Source of the DNA: Octopus sinensis
Lineage: Eukaryota
Length of the DNA: 64,000 nt
Direction: 5' to 3'
NCBI RefSeq assembly: GCF_006345805.1
Contig: NC_042999.1
Location: 131,688,001-131,752,000 of the forward strand
This document shows positions 22,111-34,000 of the stretch, piece after piece (positions within the stretch are counted from its first letter, which is position 1; each line of letters starts with the position of its first letter). The position numbers were made by a program, and so were the translations under genes. Under the pieces are notes generated by a model that had not been told where the DNA came from, made no database searches, and saw nothing but the letters and a program-made list of their open reading frames with translations.

Positions 22111-25100
22111 ATGGCTATTCACATTGGTTGTTTAAATGTTCATGGCCTGTTGTCAAGCTGGAAGCAAGGACGCTTTCTGAATGACATCAGGTCGAGAAAT
22201 TTGGATGTAATTGTTGCAACGGAAACCCGGGTGAAGGGGCCAAGAGATCTGCTCCCCCTCCTGAACGGCTACGAGAAATACGTTTCTCCGAGTCGGGCGG
22301 GAGGTGGGGGTGGGGTGTTGGTCCTACTAAAAAGAAACCGGGTAGCCGAGAAAAAGTTGGTTTTTTCTGACCCAGAAGGCAGGCTGGTCGTTCTCGACTT
22401 GACATTCAGTTGTGGCAAGACAATCAGGCTGGTCGCTATTTATGCACCAAACATTATTGGCCCGCAAACTGAATATTTTCGTGGCCTAGGAAAGTTCCTA
22501 GCCACGTCGCATTCACTAGTAGTGTTAGGAGACTCTAATACAATATGTGCAGCACACACAGATTGTGTTGGCTCAAACTCGAACATGAACAGAAAATGTA
22601 ACACAGGCTTTCGGGATCTGCTAAGTCAATTTCAGCTAGCAGATCCATATAGGTTGGAGCACCCGAACACTCCACAGTGGACGTGGTCAAATAGTGACGG
22701 GTCTACCAGAACATATCTAGATAGGATTTTAATTAGAGAAAAAGATAAGTCCATAGTTGAGTGTCCACAGTTTTTTCTAGTCAGCTACAGTGACCACAAG
22801 ATGGTTACCTGTAAACTGACGGTAGATAAGTTGCATAGACAGGGATCTGGCTACTGGAAACTCAATACGTCCCTTTTGGCGATTGAGGAGTACAGAAAGC
22901 GGATCAAGATGTTAATACAGAGGGCATTAACAGGTACCATCATTAATAACAAATGGTGGTACGCCCTAAAAAGAGCCATCAAATATGAGTCTATTAGGTT
23001 TAGCATAAGTTTAGCTAAGAAGGGACGTAAAATAGGAGATGGTCTAGTTAAGGAACTAGAAGAAGCCTGGAGGACTGGTAATACAGACCAAGCGAGGGTG
23101 AAAAGACTGGAGTTAAACCAGCATCTTGAAGCCCACCACATGGGAAGTATTACCAGAGCTAAGTTACGTGCAATGGGAAGTGAAGGAATCAAAGCCGCTG
23201 GATGGGCCCGAGTGGTGGAAGCTCGGCAAGGAAATAGTTCCTCTATTCGGTCTTTGACGAATCAAAATGGTGTCTTGATAAACGAACCCGAGAAAATGTG
23301 TGAGGTCTTTCGGGAGTACTTCGCCCAGCTGTTCGGGGGTGACGGCGGTCCTGGTGGTGGGAGAGCCCTCGAGGACTTTCTTACCGGGCTGCCGTGCCTC
23401 TCGGGGTCGGATGCGGAGTCTTGCGAAGGGCCAATCACACTTGAGGAGGTGATGGAGGCTTTGGCCGATTGTAAAGCGGGTAAGTCACCGGGACTTGATG
23501 GTCTTCCGTACGAGCTGTATAAATGTATGCCAGACTTGTTCGGGCAACTACTGACTGACGTGTACGCGAACTGGAAACAGAATGGGTTTATCCCCAGATC
23601 TGTGCGCCGGGGAGTAGTGACGTTGGTCAGAAAGGACCCGGACAAGGGGGACGTTCTAGAGAATTTCAGGCCCATCACTCTGTTAAACGCAGAAGTGAAG
23701 ATTTTGGCCAAGGTTCTAGCAAAAAGGTTGGCGCGTGTCGCGAATGGTATAGTCGGGGAGGCACAGACATGTGCCATCCCAGGCAGAACCATTCAGGATA
23801 CCCTCCATCTTATTCGCTATACCATAGAGAGGTTTGGTAATAAATCTGGCAAAGGTGGGGCATTGGTGCATTTGGACCAGTCTAAAGCTTTTGATAGGGT
23901 TGACCATCGATACCTAGCGACTGTACTTGCGCGGTTTGGCCTGGGCCTTGGCTTCCTCAGGTGGTTTATCGCTTTGTACCACAACATTGACTCGATAGCT
24001 CGGGTGAACGGTTTCCTTTCGAAGCCGTTCTGCATCAGACGCTCGGTTCGTCAAGGATGTCCGCTTTCACCACTTTTGTATGTGATGGCTCTCGAGCCAT
24101 TACTGCAAAGGTTGAGTGGCATCCCGAGAGAACCAGGACTAGAGGAGTTTGTTACGGCTTTCGCGGATGATATCACTATCAGTGTAACCACAGTGGCACG
24201 CCTACGTGAAGTAGGTAAGACTATTGAGGCTTACGAGGAGGTAGCAGGAGCAAAGATTAACCGGGAAAAGTCGGTCGGCTTGCAGCTCGGCACCTGGGTT
24301 GGCAAGTCGATGCCTTCAGACAGTGTTGTTAGGCGCTGGACGGAGGGACCGGTTAAGTTGCTGGGAGTCTGGTTTGGACCAGGCCTCCAGATAGAGAAGA
24401 ACTGGACGGAGGTATTGAGCAGGGTGACTGCAGTAGTCAAGACCTGGTCTTGGCGGTGGCTATCCCTGAAAGGGAGGGCGGAAGTGGCCAATGTGTTTAT
24501 CGCATCGGTCATTACCTACCGCCTGACTGTCGTGCCCTGTCCGGATTCGTGGTTGATCAGGTTGGAGAGACAGCTCTTTCGCTTTTTGTGGAAGGGCAGG
24601 TCGCCACTTGTGAAACGCTCTGTCTGCTGTCAAAAGCCTTTAAATGGAGGTTTAGGGATGCCTTGGTTAATGATGCGCAGACATGCGTTGAGGTTGAGGC
24701 ACCTCTGGATTCTCCTGGATAGTGAACGGGTGTGGTCTCCGCTGGCCAGACAAATGTTCCCTGAGTTCAAGAGTTTTTGCGAACAGGAAGCCTGGTGTTC
24801 TCGTAGACCGAGGTCGAGTGAGTGGCATAAAGAGTGCCGTAAGGCCCTCTTGCTGTTCCGGCGCTCGGGCAACGCCAGCGGTGGGGGTTCCACACGGATT
24901 TTATATAGTGGGTTGGTAGAGTCTGAATGCGACGATGGCCTGGGGTCGACTCTAGGTCTCGGATTTATTCAACTGGACAGCTTGTTTCATCGTACATTCG
25001 GGTTGAGAACGTTGGACAACTTCCAAAAGTCCTTAACCTGGCAATGCTACAGAGGTGCCTTGCCCGTTTGGGATAAGCTCGCAAGACATGGTAAACGTCA

Positions 25101-25512
25101 GTCGCCGACCTGTCCAAGATGCGGGGGGGACAGGGAAACCGTCCCTCACGCTATTGTTCAGTGTCCGGAGATAACTGAAATGTGGGCTTATGCTGAACAT
25201 CTGTTGTCCGGCGAAGGAAGAGTACGGCTGTCGACTGAGTCAATTATAAAAATTGACCCACCGGGAGTTCTAACGAACGATGGTAAGAATTGTTTTCTCA
25301 CAGTTGTAGCAATAGCAAAAGAGGCTGTATGGAATACTAGGATAAAAGGAATTAAGACAGGCAACTTTATCTCTGGTGACAATTTACGATCCTTTTTTTC
25401 TTTTCATTTGAAAAGGAAACTGTGGCTGGAGAAGAGGTGTCTGTCAGAGTGTACGTTCCAAAAGAGATGGAAGTATGTTGCACGAGTGTTGTGCGTGCAA
25501 GGAACCGTGTGA
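22111..25512 (+). CDS. Tx1/L1 ORF2: APE endonuclease + reverse transcriptase + C-terminal zinc knuckle, intact (1133 aa)
   Basis: APE motifs CLNVHG, TETR, IYAP, GDSN, YLDRI, SDHK; RT motifs KSPGLDG, FRPITLLN, DQSKAFDRV, RQGCPLSP, FADD; CPRC..H....C; no stops. Confidence 0.97.
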   Translation: MAIHIGCLNVHGLLSSWKQGRFLNDIRSRNLDVIVATETRVKGPRDLLPLLNGYEKYVSPSRAGGGGGVLVLLKRNRVAEKKLVFSDPEGRLVVLDLTFSCGKTIRLVAIYAPNIIGPQTEYFRGLGKFLATSHSLVVLGDSNTICAAHTDCVGSNSNMNRKCNTGFRDLLSQFQLADPYRLEHPNTPQWTWSNSDGSTRTYLDRILIREKDKSIVECPQFFLVSYSDHKMVTCKLTVDKLHRQGSGYWKLNTSLLAIEEYRKRIKMLIQRALTGTIINNKWWYALKRAIKYESIRFSISLAKKGRKIGDGLVKELEEAWRTGNTDQARVKRLELNQHLEAHHMGSITRAKLRAMGSEGIKAAGWARVVEARQGNSSSIRSLTNQNGVLINEPEKMCEVFREYFAQLFGGDGGPGGGRALEDFLTGLPCLSGSDAESCEGPITLEEVMEALADCKAGKSPGLDGLPYELYKCMPDLFGQLLTDVYANWKQNGFIPRSVRRGVVTLVRKDPDKGDVLENFRPITLLNAEVKILAKVLAKRLARVANGIVGEAQTCAIPGRTIQDTLHLIRYTIERFGNKSGKGGALVHLDQSKAFDRVDHRYLATVLARFGLGLGFLRWFIALYHNIDSIARVNGFLSKPFCIRRSVRQGCPLSPLLYVMALEPLLQRLSGIPREPGLEEFVTAFADDITISVTTVARLREVGKTIEAYEEVAGAKINREKSVGLQLGTWVGKSMPSDSVVRRWTEGPVKLLGVWFGPGLQIEKNWTEVLSRVTAVVKTWSWRWLSLKGRAEVANVFIASVITYRLTVVPCPDSWLIRLERQLFRFLWKGRSPLVKRSVCCQKPLNGGLGMPWLMMRRHALRLRHLWILLDSERVWSPLARQMFPEFKSFCEQEAWCSRRPRSSEWHKECRKALLLFRRSGNASGGGSTRILYSGLVESECDDGLGSTLGLGFIQLDSLFHRTFGLRTLDNFQKSLTWQCYRGALPVWDKLARHGKRQSPTCPRCGGDRETVPHAIVQCPEITEMWAYAEHLLSGEGRVRLSTESIIKIDPPGVLTNDGKNCFLTVVAIAKEAVWNTRIKGIKTGNFISGDNLRSFFSFHLKRKLWLEKRCLSECTFQKRWKYVARVLCVQGTV

Positions 25513-25756
25513 ATAGACGAGGAAAAAAAAAAGGAAAAATAAAAAGGTATCAGCGGTAGATCGGGGCTTGTGGGATCGGAGCGTAACTTGATCATCGCTT
25601 CATTTGTATTGTTTTTGTACTGTGTATTGCATTCGATTTTTATGTATTGTATTTTATTTTTGATGTCACATTTATGTAAAATCATATCGATTCACTGATC
25701 CCATCAGTTGTACTGTCCATATCTATGTTTGGCCCCCGGTGGGCAATAAAGAAATT

Positions 25757-26115
25757 CGTATTTCGTCTGCCATTACGTTCTGAGTTCAAATTCCGCCGAG
25801 GTCGACTTTGCTTTTCATCCTTTCGGGGTCGATAAATTAAGTACCACATGAGCACTGGGGTCGATATAATCGACTTAATCCGTTTGTCTGTCTTTGTTTG
25901 TCCTCTCTGTGTTTAGCCCCTGTGGGTAGTAAAGAAATAGGTATTTCGTCCGTCTTTACCTTCTAAGTTCAAATTCTACCGAGGTCGGCTTTGCCTTTTA
26001 TCCTTTCGGGGTCGGTAAAATAAGTACCAGTTGAGTACTAGGGTCGATGTAATCGACTGTCCCCCCCCTCCTCCAAAATTTCAAACCTTGTGCCTATAGT
26101 AGAAGGGATTATTAT
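25757..26115 (+). mobile_element. family M SINE body with Tx1-type tail followed by a headless second body
   Basis: Tail ..TTTAGCCCCTGTGGGTAGTAAAGAAATA ends at 25939, then GGTATTTCG (25940-25948) and a body with the ordinary tail + (ATT)n. Confidence 0.85.
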
Positions 26116-29100
26116 TATTATTATTGGCTTATATTCACCTACCATTTCAAGACCCCTCAAAACTAGAGAATTCTGTAATAAACTGACAATGTTCAGTGAT
26201 GAAACATATTTAAAAATAACCCAAGTAAATGAACTTATTCCATCGTCTCTGAAACTATTCGCATCATTTTTCTGAGACCGGTTCTCGATGACTAACATTA
26301 TTAATAATTGTTTCCTAATTCGTTTTTGAATAATTCATCACATGAACAACACAACTAGCTGTTAGTAATATATTACTAACAGTTTGTAATTAACAATTTT
26401 ATATATAGTTGATATTTATTACTAACAAGACGGTCTGATTAACATGGGGCCATGATTTAATAACATGATTTAATTAGTAGATGTCATGGTGTAGTGCGAA
26501 GTTCCTGGCGAAACGCCAACACATGTCTGATACTTGGCTCATGTACAGGATGATCCAAAAGTCCCTTTATCATTAATGTAACCCAGCTAACAACTGAGGT
26601 CGGTCGAGGTCTCTATACCTCTTTCACAGCTCACACCTCCTCACCACAGCCTTCATCTACTTTCCCTGCATTCATTAAACCCCGGACCCCACTTTTCCTG
26701 TTGAATGCTACGGCTTGGGAATTCTGGGATAGCTGTTTACACTGCCAGCCAGCTTGACCACCGCTGAATGTTGAGCTAGGTGTGCCCAGAAAATTGAATA
26801 GTATCACTGTTATTATATAGCGCCATTTTGGGGACAATGACTATTTCCTCATATTTTAATAATGACATTTTTCTAAAACTTATGGTTTCAAACTTCGGCA
26901 ATTTCAGGGGACGAGTCGATTTGATCAACATCAATGCTCAATTAGTACATATTTTACTGGCCCCGAAAGGATGAAAAGCAAAGTTAACCTCGGCTGAATT
27001 TGAATTCAGAACTCAGCCATTTAAACAGCTCTTAGGAAACAATGCACTCATAACTCAGTGAGTGCATTGTTTTGTATAGCAGAAACAGCTGTAAGCTAAT
27101 AAAAGTGATTACGTAACTCATTCTTTCGTCATTCATTCATAGATAGACACACATCCCGTTCTCTTCATGTTTCTCGCTCTGAATATTGGATTTTTCACTC
27201 AGAAGTTACAGTTACTACATCATTTCGGATATAACTATTTTAAGCTACATTCATTTTTTTCTTCTAGTCGATACTCGTAAATTGATAATTTTCATTTATC
27301 TATTACTTATCTTGCATTGAAGCAATTAATTAGCATCTGACAAACATGTTTACTATAATTGGTTCAGCAGAGCAACCAAGTTATGCAAAGATTTGCAATA
27401 AAATCACAATGGTCTTTTTTGATATTTGATTACAATCAATATAAACCCGACCAGGCGGCATCTCCGTGATTTTCCACCTCTCAGTCATTCTAATCCGACA
27501 AACACCGACTCACTTTATTTTAAAATTTTGTGTGTGGTTAAGAAGCTCGCTTTGCAATCATTTGGCTTCGAGTTCAGTCCCACTATGCTGTACCATGAGC
27601 AAGTGTCTTCTGCTATGGCCCCGGGTCGACCAAAGCTTTCTTAGTCAGCCACAGTGGAATTTGAACTCATAACGCGAAGACGGACGAGATGCCGCTAAGC
27701 ATTCTGCCCGGTATGCTAACGTTTCTGCCAGGTCGCTGCCTTATCCTTTTTATACATATTGCAGTTTATGTTTCTCTACTACAAATTAATGCTTTGTGCG
27801 CATGATCACACAAACAGGTCCCTGCACTTAGATACGAATGATTTATATATTTGAACTTTAAGTATATTATCATACGATGTATATAGTTAATTAAATTCAC
27901 ATGAAGACTTGAATGATTAAACTAGTCACATTTTCTTATAGTTGTTCAAATATATAGTCCATATCGATACAATTGGCAGTGTATATCCATATCTCCTCAT
28001 CTCTCTTAGTTTGTCCATTCTACTGACATGTTCAAAGATAATTACTATCGAAGACACTTTCATTGTGCCTTTTATATTTCGTTGACAAACTAACAGAGCG
28101 CTTAGCCAAATACTGAGTATAAATGTACATTCTAAGTTAAACTGTCCATTAAAAAAACAAAAAAAAAAACAATGTGTGTGTGATGGACTCTCCAGTCGAA
28201 GAAGACGTATGAGCGTTCACTTTTGCCGAACGGCCTGAAGAAATAATTTGTAGTGTACGTGCTGCACATTAGCTCACTTTCTCCAACAAATCAACGTTTC
28301 CTGAACAGGTGCACTGTGTACCACACGTCAGGTGTCGAAATGGTAGCAGGGCAACGGGAATTGAAGTGTTTTGCTCAAAAACACAACACACTAACCGATC
28401 TAGGAATTGAAACGACGATCTCGCGATCGTGAATGCAACACCATAACCGTTAGGCCATATACACACATATATATGCATGTATGTAAGGAGGTGGGGTATA
28501 AATTGCTTATAATTTATGTGTATGTATGCGTTTATCATCGTGTGTGTATATATATATTTTATCATTCATTAAATGATAAAGAGGAGCAAGTAATCATTTA
28601 ATTTCTTTAAATACGCTTTACCACAAGTAATTAACAATAAAACTAAGCGCTCGTGGATTTTCCACGAGTAACCACTTTTAAACTTATAATTATGGGAGTT
28701 AGTCTGTCAATTCTATTGGCGTCTCAACTAACTCTCTGTTCCAAGGGCAGAGAATGAGATGCAGTGTTCATGCCTTTACAATAGGCATTAACAGCTAAAA
28801 AAGAAAAACAAAACTGGCTTCCTGCCCAATAAAAATTCCTTCTCACTTTAACTACATAAACGCTTTTCTTATTTTGTTTGTTTGCCTTTTTAAAAAAAAA
28901 ATTTTACAATTATTTTGAAGTTTATCACGTTTGCTAATAACTAAAGCCATAATTAAGTCTCTCTCTTGTTGACAAATGATACATTTCCTGATGTTATACA
29001 CTCGCAATTTTGCCCCTGATAAGAAAATAAATTTCTACATATTTATGAATCAAAGGAATGAAACAACTAGGTCAGAAAACAGTATTCATTTGTTTGAAAT

Positions 29101-30301
29101 AAATAAAAGCACAAAAAGGTAACAGTCTCCTACGTTTGGTTTTGTGTCGTGTAGATTACATTGAATCTATGTCACTCACAGCATTTAAGTTGAAGAAGAG
29201 ACAGACAGAAAACGAATACTGTAATAAACGAAGCTTCTGTTGTATCCGCCCAACCAATCTCGTCAAATTACAACTGTTAAATAGGTGAGATGTTTTGTTA
29301 GAAGAGGGATGGCTGGAGTGTATTCATACGGACCCCATTGGCTTCGTTATATAGGGTGAGGTGATAGGTGAGGTTATTTTCGTTTATATTTATTTTGAAG
29401 TGTTGTCGTAGGTTAGAAACTCCTCGATATTTCTGTCCGTTCACTACTGACCCGAAATTATGATGTAGGAAGAGTAAAAAAAAAAAATACTATTTTCTTT
29501 AATTTTATATTACACTGAACCATTAAATACGAGCCAACGAGGGACTTTCTACGTGGTTGCTTGATCTACTTACCAGCCGAATCTCACTAAAATCGCACCC
29601 TACTGTCTTGAAAGGGGCAAGTACACGTCATATGGTGTAGTCGAGGGTACAGCGAAAGAAAGGGCGAGAGGAAAGGAGAGAAGTGAGATGAATGGAATGC
29701 TTTTGATCATACTTCTGTCAATCAGTCCCAACTTGCGGCTAAACATCAACTAGCTTCAATAATACTGATTTTCTTGAAGTTTACTGTTCATAGACTTTTG
29801 TTTGGTTCCTAACTTTAATGGTTTTAAGGCCTTCTTACATCCTCTGGTTGTTTACTAGTTTTAACAGTTATTTGTTAAAGTTTTATACATTATATGACAT
29901 TCTTATCAATTGGGAAGCAGCTATAAGCTCAGTATCTTGCAAACTCTTCTCAATTACTCCACCACAAAGCTGGAAGTGGGATTTAAATTTAGATTTTATA
30001 TATTCCTCTTAATTACTCGTTTGTTTGAATGAAGGTGTGTGGGTTAGAGTGTTGCACTGATGATCGCAAGATTGTGGTTTCGATTCGCGGACCATGTAGT
30101 ATGTTGTGTTCTTTTGTAAAACACTTCATTTCACGTTGCCCCAGTTCACTCAGCTGTAACTGAGTGACCCTGCGACTAACTGGCGTTCCGTTCAGGGTGA
30201 CTGTTGTGAGCTCAGTCACTTATGCGCCGTTGAAACCGGGTAACCGTTCCTATGAGTCAGTAATATCCAGTGCTACAATTTTTAATATACTACGGCTTAG
30301 A

Positions 30302-30520
30302 AGGCGGCGAGCTGGCAGAAGCGTTACAGCGCCAGGAAAAAATTGTTGGCGGCATTTCGTCCGTCTTTACGTTCTGAGTTCAAATTGCACCAAGGTCGAC
30401 TTTGCCTTTCATCCTTCCGGGGTCGATAAAATAAGTACCAGTTGAGCACTGGGGTCGATGTAACTGACTTGCTCTCTCCCCCGAGCTTGCTGGCCTTATA
30501 CCAAAATTTGAAACCAATAT
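30302..30520 (+). mobile_element. SINE family M
   Basis: Full head GGCGGCGAGCTGGCAGAA, core and TTTGAAACC tail. Confidence 0.85.
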
Positions 30521-30617
30521 GCTGCGGGTTAATGAGGAGACAGCTTGGAACATTGAACAGAACATTTTACTGAATTGATTCATCATGTAAGAATCGCATC
30601 ACTGTAAGATTCTTGTG

Positions 30618-30678
<61 letters not shown>

Positions 30679-30795
30679 TAATATATATATATATCAATAC
30701 GGAGCAAATAATTCACGAGAAAATAATTGACTATTATTATCTAGTGTAACAATTTAAAAATGATAATAACAGAATTAATAATATAGGCGATTAAG

Positions 30796-31019
30796 GCGGC
30801 GAGCTGGCAGAAATGTTAGCACACTGGGCGAAATGCTTAGCGGTCTGCCTCTACGTTCTGAGTTCAAATTCCACCGAGGTCGACTTTGCCTTTCTTCCTT
30901 TCGGGGTCGATAAATTAAGTACCAGTTACGTATTGTGGTCGATGTAATCGACTTAATCCTTTTGTCTGTCCTTGTTTGTTCCCTCTATGTTTAGCTCCTT
31001 GTGGGCAATAAAAAAAATA
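30796..31019 (+). mobile_element. family M SINE with Tx1-type tail
   Basis: Ends TTTAGCTCCTTGTGGGCAATAAAAAAAATA directly before LINE copy 3. Confidence 0.85.
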
Positions 31020-31025
31020 AACGTT

Positions 31026-34000
31026 TTGGTTAGTAATTGTTATTATTATTTATTGTTATTGTTGCATTTTGAATTTTTGTTATTGTTCTACGTTCTGTTT
31101 TAACAGACGTAGTGGACTGTTGTTCGCCTCCGTAAGGTGGGGAAAATAATTTTTGAAAAAAAATATTTTGGAAAATATTTATTTGTGTGAAAATGAATTC
31201 GGAGGACAATGCTTCTAACCCTGACCAAGCTAACCAAAGAGCAATTGTAAAACTAGACAAAATGAACGAAAATGTGAACGAAAGCCACATAAATGCAGTA
31301 AACGGAAAAAGGAACCAAGAAGGGAAAATAAATGCTGAAAACGATGAAATGAATAACGGAAAAGTAAACCCAACAGAAGACACCCAAAAGAAGATTAATT
31401 TTGCCACCGCAGTCGGCGTGAGAAAAGATAAATTGAACATAGAGCTAGATTCACTGCGGCAACACAGAGGTATATTCGAAAGGGAAGGTTTTGATGTTAA
31501 AGCCACCCCTCTTAACGAACTCATCGAAGAAACAAAGAGGAAAATAATAACATATAAGACAATGATAATAAAAAACAAGAAAATAACAAGGCATCCAAAG
31601 GACAATTCGAGAAGTGTCTACAACCCATCTGGCAAGACATCGAGTTCTTGACCAAAGGGAGAAGATACGCCACAGTAATGGTGTACTTCAAAAATGAGGA
31701 AAAGGCTATAAAACACTCGCTCCAACCGATAAAAACCAATGAAGTCATTTTATTACCAATTTATATGGGTAGGAGAACATCCAAAATAGTTATTGAGGAA
31801 ATCCCACCAGAAATAAATGCCATCTGGATTATCTCAGCCCTTCTGATGGGGCTTGAGGATAAAATCAAGATGATCGAAGCTTCCAGAATACAACAACAGA
31901 ATTGGCGGGGCCAAGGGCTATAGATCGTAATTCAAGCAGCCCCACCAGACATTAGAAGAATTTGCTGAGAACATTCACATCGCAGAAGAAACTACCTTGC
32001 GAGTAATGGCAGGAAACCCAGATGCTACGAATGTGGTGAAAAAGATCACATTCGGGTAAAATGCTTCACCCGCAAGGAGAAAGAAGAAGAAAAAAAGAAC
32101 AAAACCAAAATACCGACCAGCAGAACCCCGGCACTGATGGTGTTCAACAAACCGGGGAAAAAGACGGCTGGTCGGTAGTAAAACCCAAGAAAAAGGGAAA
32201 ATAATAACGACAACCAACCCAACCCTACAACAACCAAAAGAAAAACTCAGGACACTCAAAGAAAAATTACCCCCACCCCACCACTATTCCCCCAAAAGTC
32301 AACAATATCATATTCCTCCCCATCCTATTCCTCACTCGGCGATGAGTCCCCCCTTACCCTTCTAGTTCGGATTTCCCCTCTCTCCCAGACATCACCCCTC
32401 ACCCGCCAAGCCCATGCAATCTGTCCCCGATATCAAGTCCAAGAAAATCTAACGAATATAAGGAAATACTGACTGCAATAAACAATGATAACGAACAATT
32501 AAAAAAAAGGTTAAAGCAAATACCAACGGCGTCAATTTACAAACATCACCATAAAACTCCAGAAAATATTGCCATTTATAAAATAGATAAAATGAATTAT
32601 AGCATCTTAAAAAAAACTACCACCCAACTGACATGGGTCCTCCAAGACTTGACTTTAACAAGTCGATGTACGAGGACCTATGTCAGAATATTACCCCACG
32701 AATAAGTGAAAAAGAAAGTACCACTGACTAAGGTAAGTCCATGTCAAGCATTCACGTCGGGTGTATAAATGTGCGTGGCCTGACGTCTAGTTGGAAGCAA
32801 GGACGCCTCCTAAATGACGTCAGGTCACGGGATTTAGATGTTGCTACAGAAACCCGGTTGAAGGGGCCAAGAGATCTGCTATCTCTGTTTGAAGGTTACG
32901 AAAGTTTCATCTCTCCGTGCTATCCTCATAGCGGGAGTGGGGTGTTGGTCCTATTAAAAAGAAACGGCGTTTCTGGGAAAAGGTTGATTTTTGCAGATAC
33001 AGAAGGTAGGCTGGTCGTCATTGACTTGACGTTCAGCCGTTGTAAGACTATCAGACTGGTTGCAATTTATGTACCTCAAGATACGGGGCAAAGTGAGTAT
33101 TATCAGAACCTAGAGAAGTTTCATGGTACATCACATCCCTTAGTTGTGCTAGGAGACTATAACACAATCTGCAATGCACGCGTAGATTATGTTGGCTCAT
33201 GTGTTAATAGGAGAAGTAATGCTTGCTTCCAGGATCTACTAAGACTTTTTGAGCTGGTAGATCCATACAGACTGGAATTTCCGAAGGTTCCATTGTGGAC
33301 ATGGGCAAATAGCGATGGACCTTCCAGGTCTTATCTAGATAGAGTATTAATTAGAAAAGTAGGTAAGAAGATAGCTAGGTGTCCACAGTTTCACATGGTC
33401 AGCTACAGTAATCACAAGATGGTCATCTGTAAACTCGACATAGATAAGTTATATAGAGGTCCCGGCTACTGGAAACTTAACACGTCTCTTTTGGCGATTA
33501 AAGAGTACATAGACGAACCTGAGGAGATGTGTGAGGTCTTTTAGGACCACTTCGCCCAGCTTTTCGGGGGTGGGGAGGTGGGATGGAGTGTAGGAAGGAC
33601 GTAACGGACTTCCTCGCCGGGCTGCTGCGCCTCTCGAGGCAGGTTGCGAGGTGTAGTGAGGGGCCGATCACACCTGAGGAGGTAAGAGGCCATGGCGGAC
33701 TACGGCGCGAGTAAGGCGCCAGAGCTGGATGGTCTACCCTACGAGCTGTATAAGAGCATGCCGAACTTGTTCGGGCCCCTATTGGCGAGTGTCTACGCGA
33801 ACTGGCAACAGAATGGGCTCATCCCCAGATCTGTACGCCGGGGAGTGGTGACGCTCGTCAAAAAGGACCCGAAAAAGGGGTGTCATTGATAATTTTAGGC
33901 CCATCACTCTGCTCAACGCAGAGCTGAAGATTTTGACCAAAGCGTTATCGAAAAGATAGGCGTGTGTCGCGGATGGGATGGTCGAGGGGGGGGGCACAGA

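Larger units (their letters stand above)
20405..25756 (+). mobile_element. full-length L1/Tx1-clade LINE (copy 2) inserted in a family M SINE
   Basis: 13-bp TSD CGTATTTCGTCTG at 20392-20404 and 25757-25769; SINE head 20343-20404 continues at 25770; ORF1 + ORF2 + 3' UTR ending GGGCAATAAAGAAATT. Confidence 0.95.
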
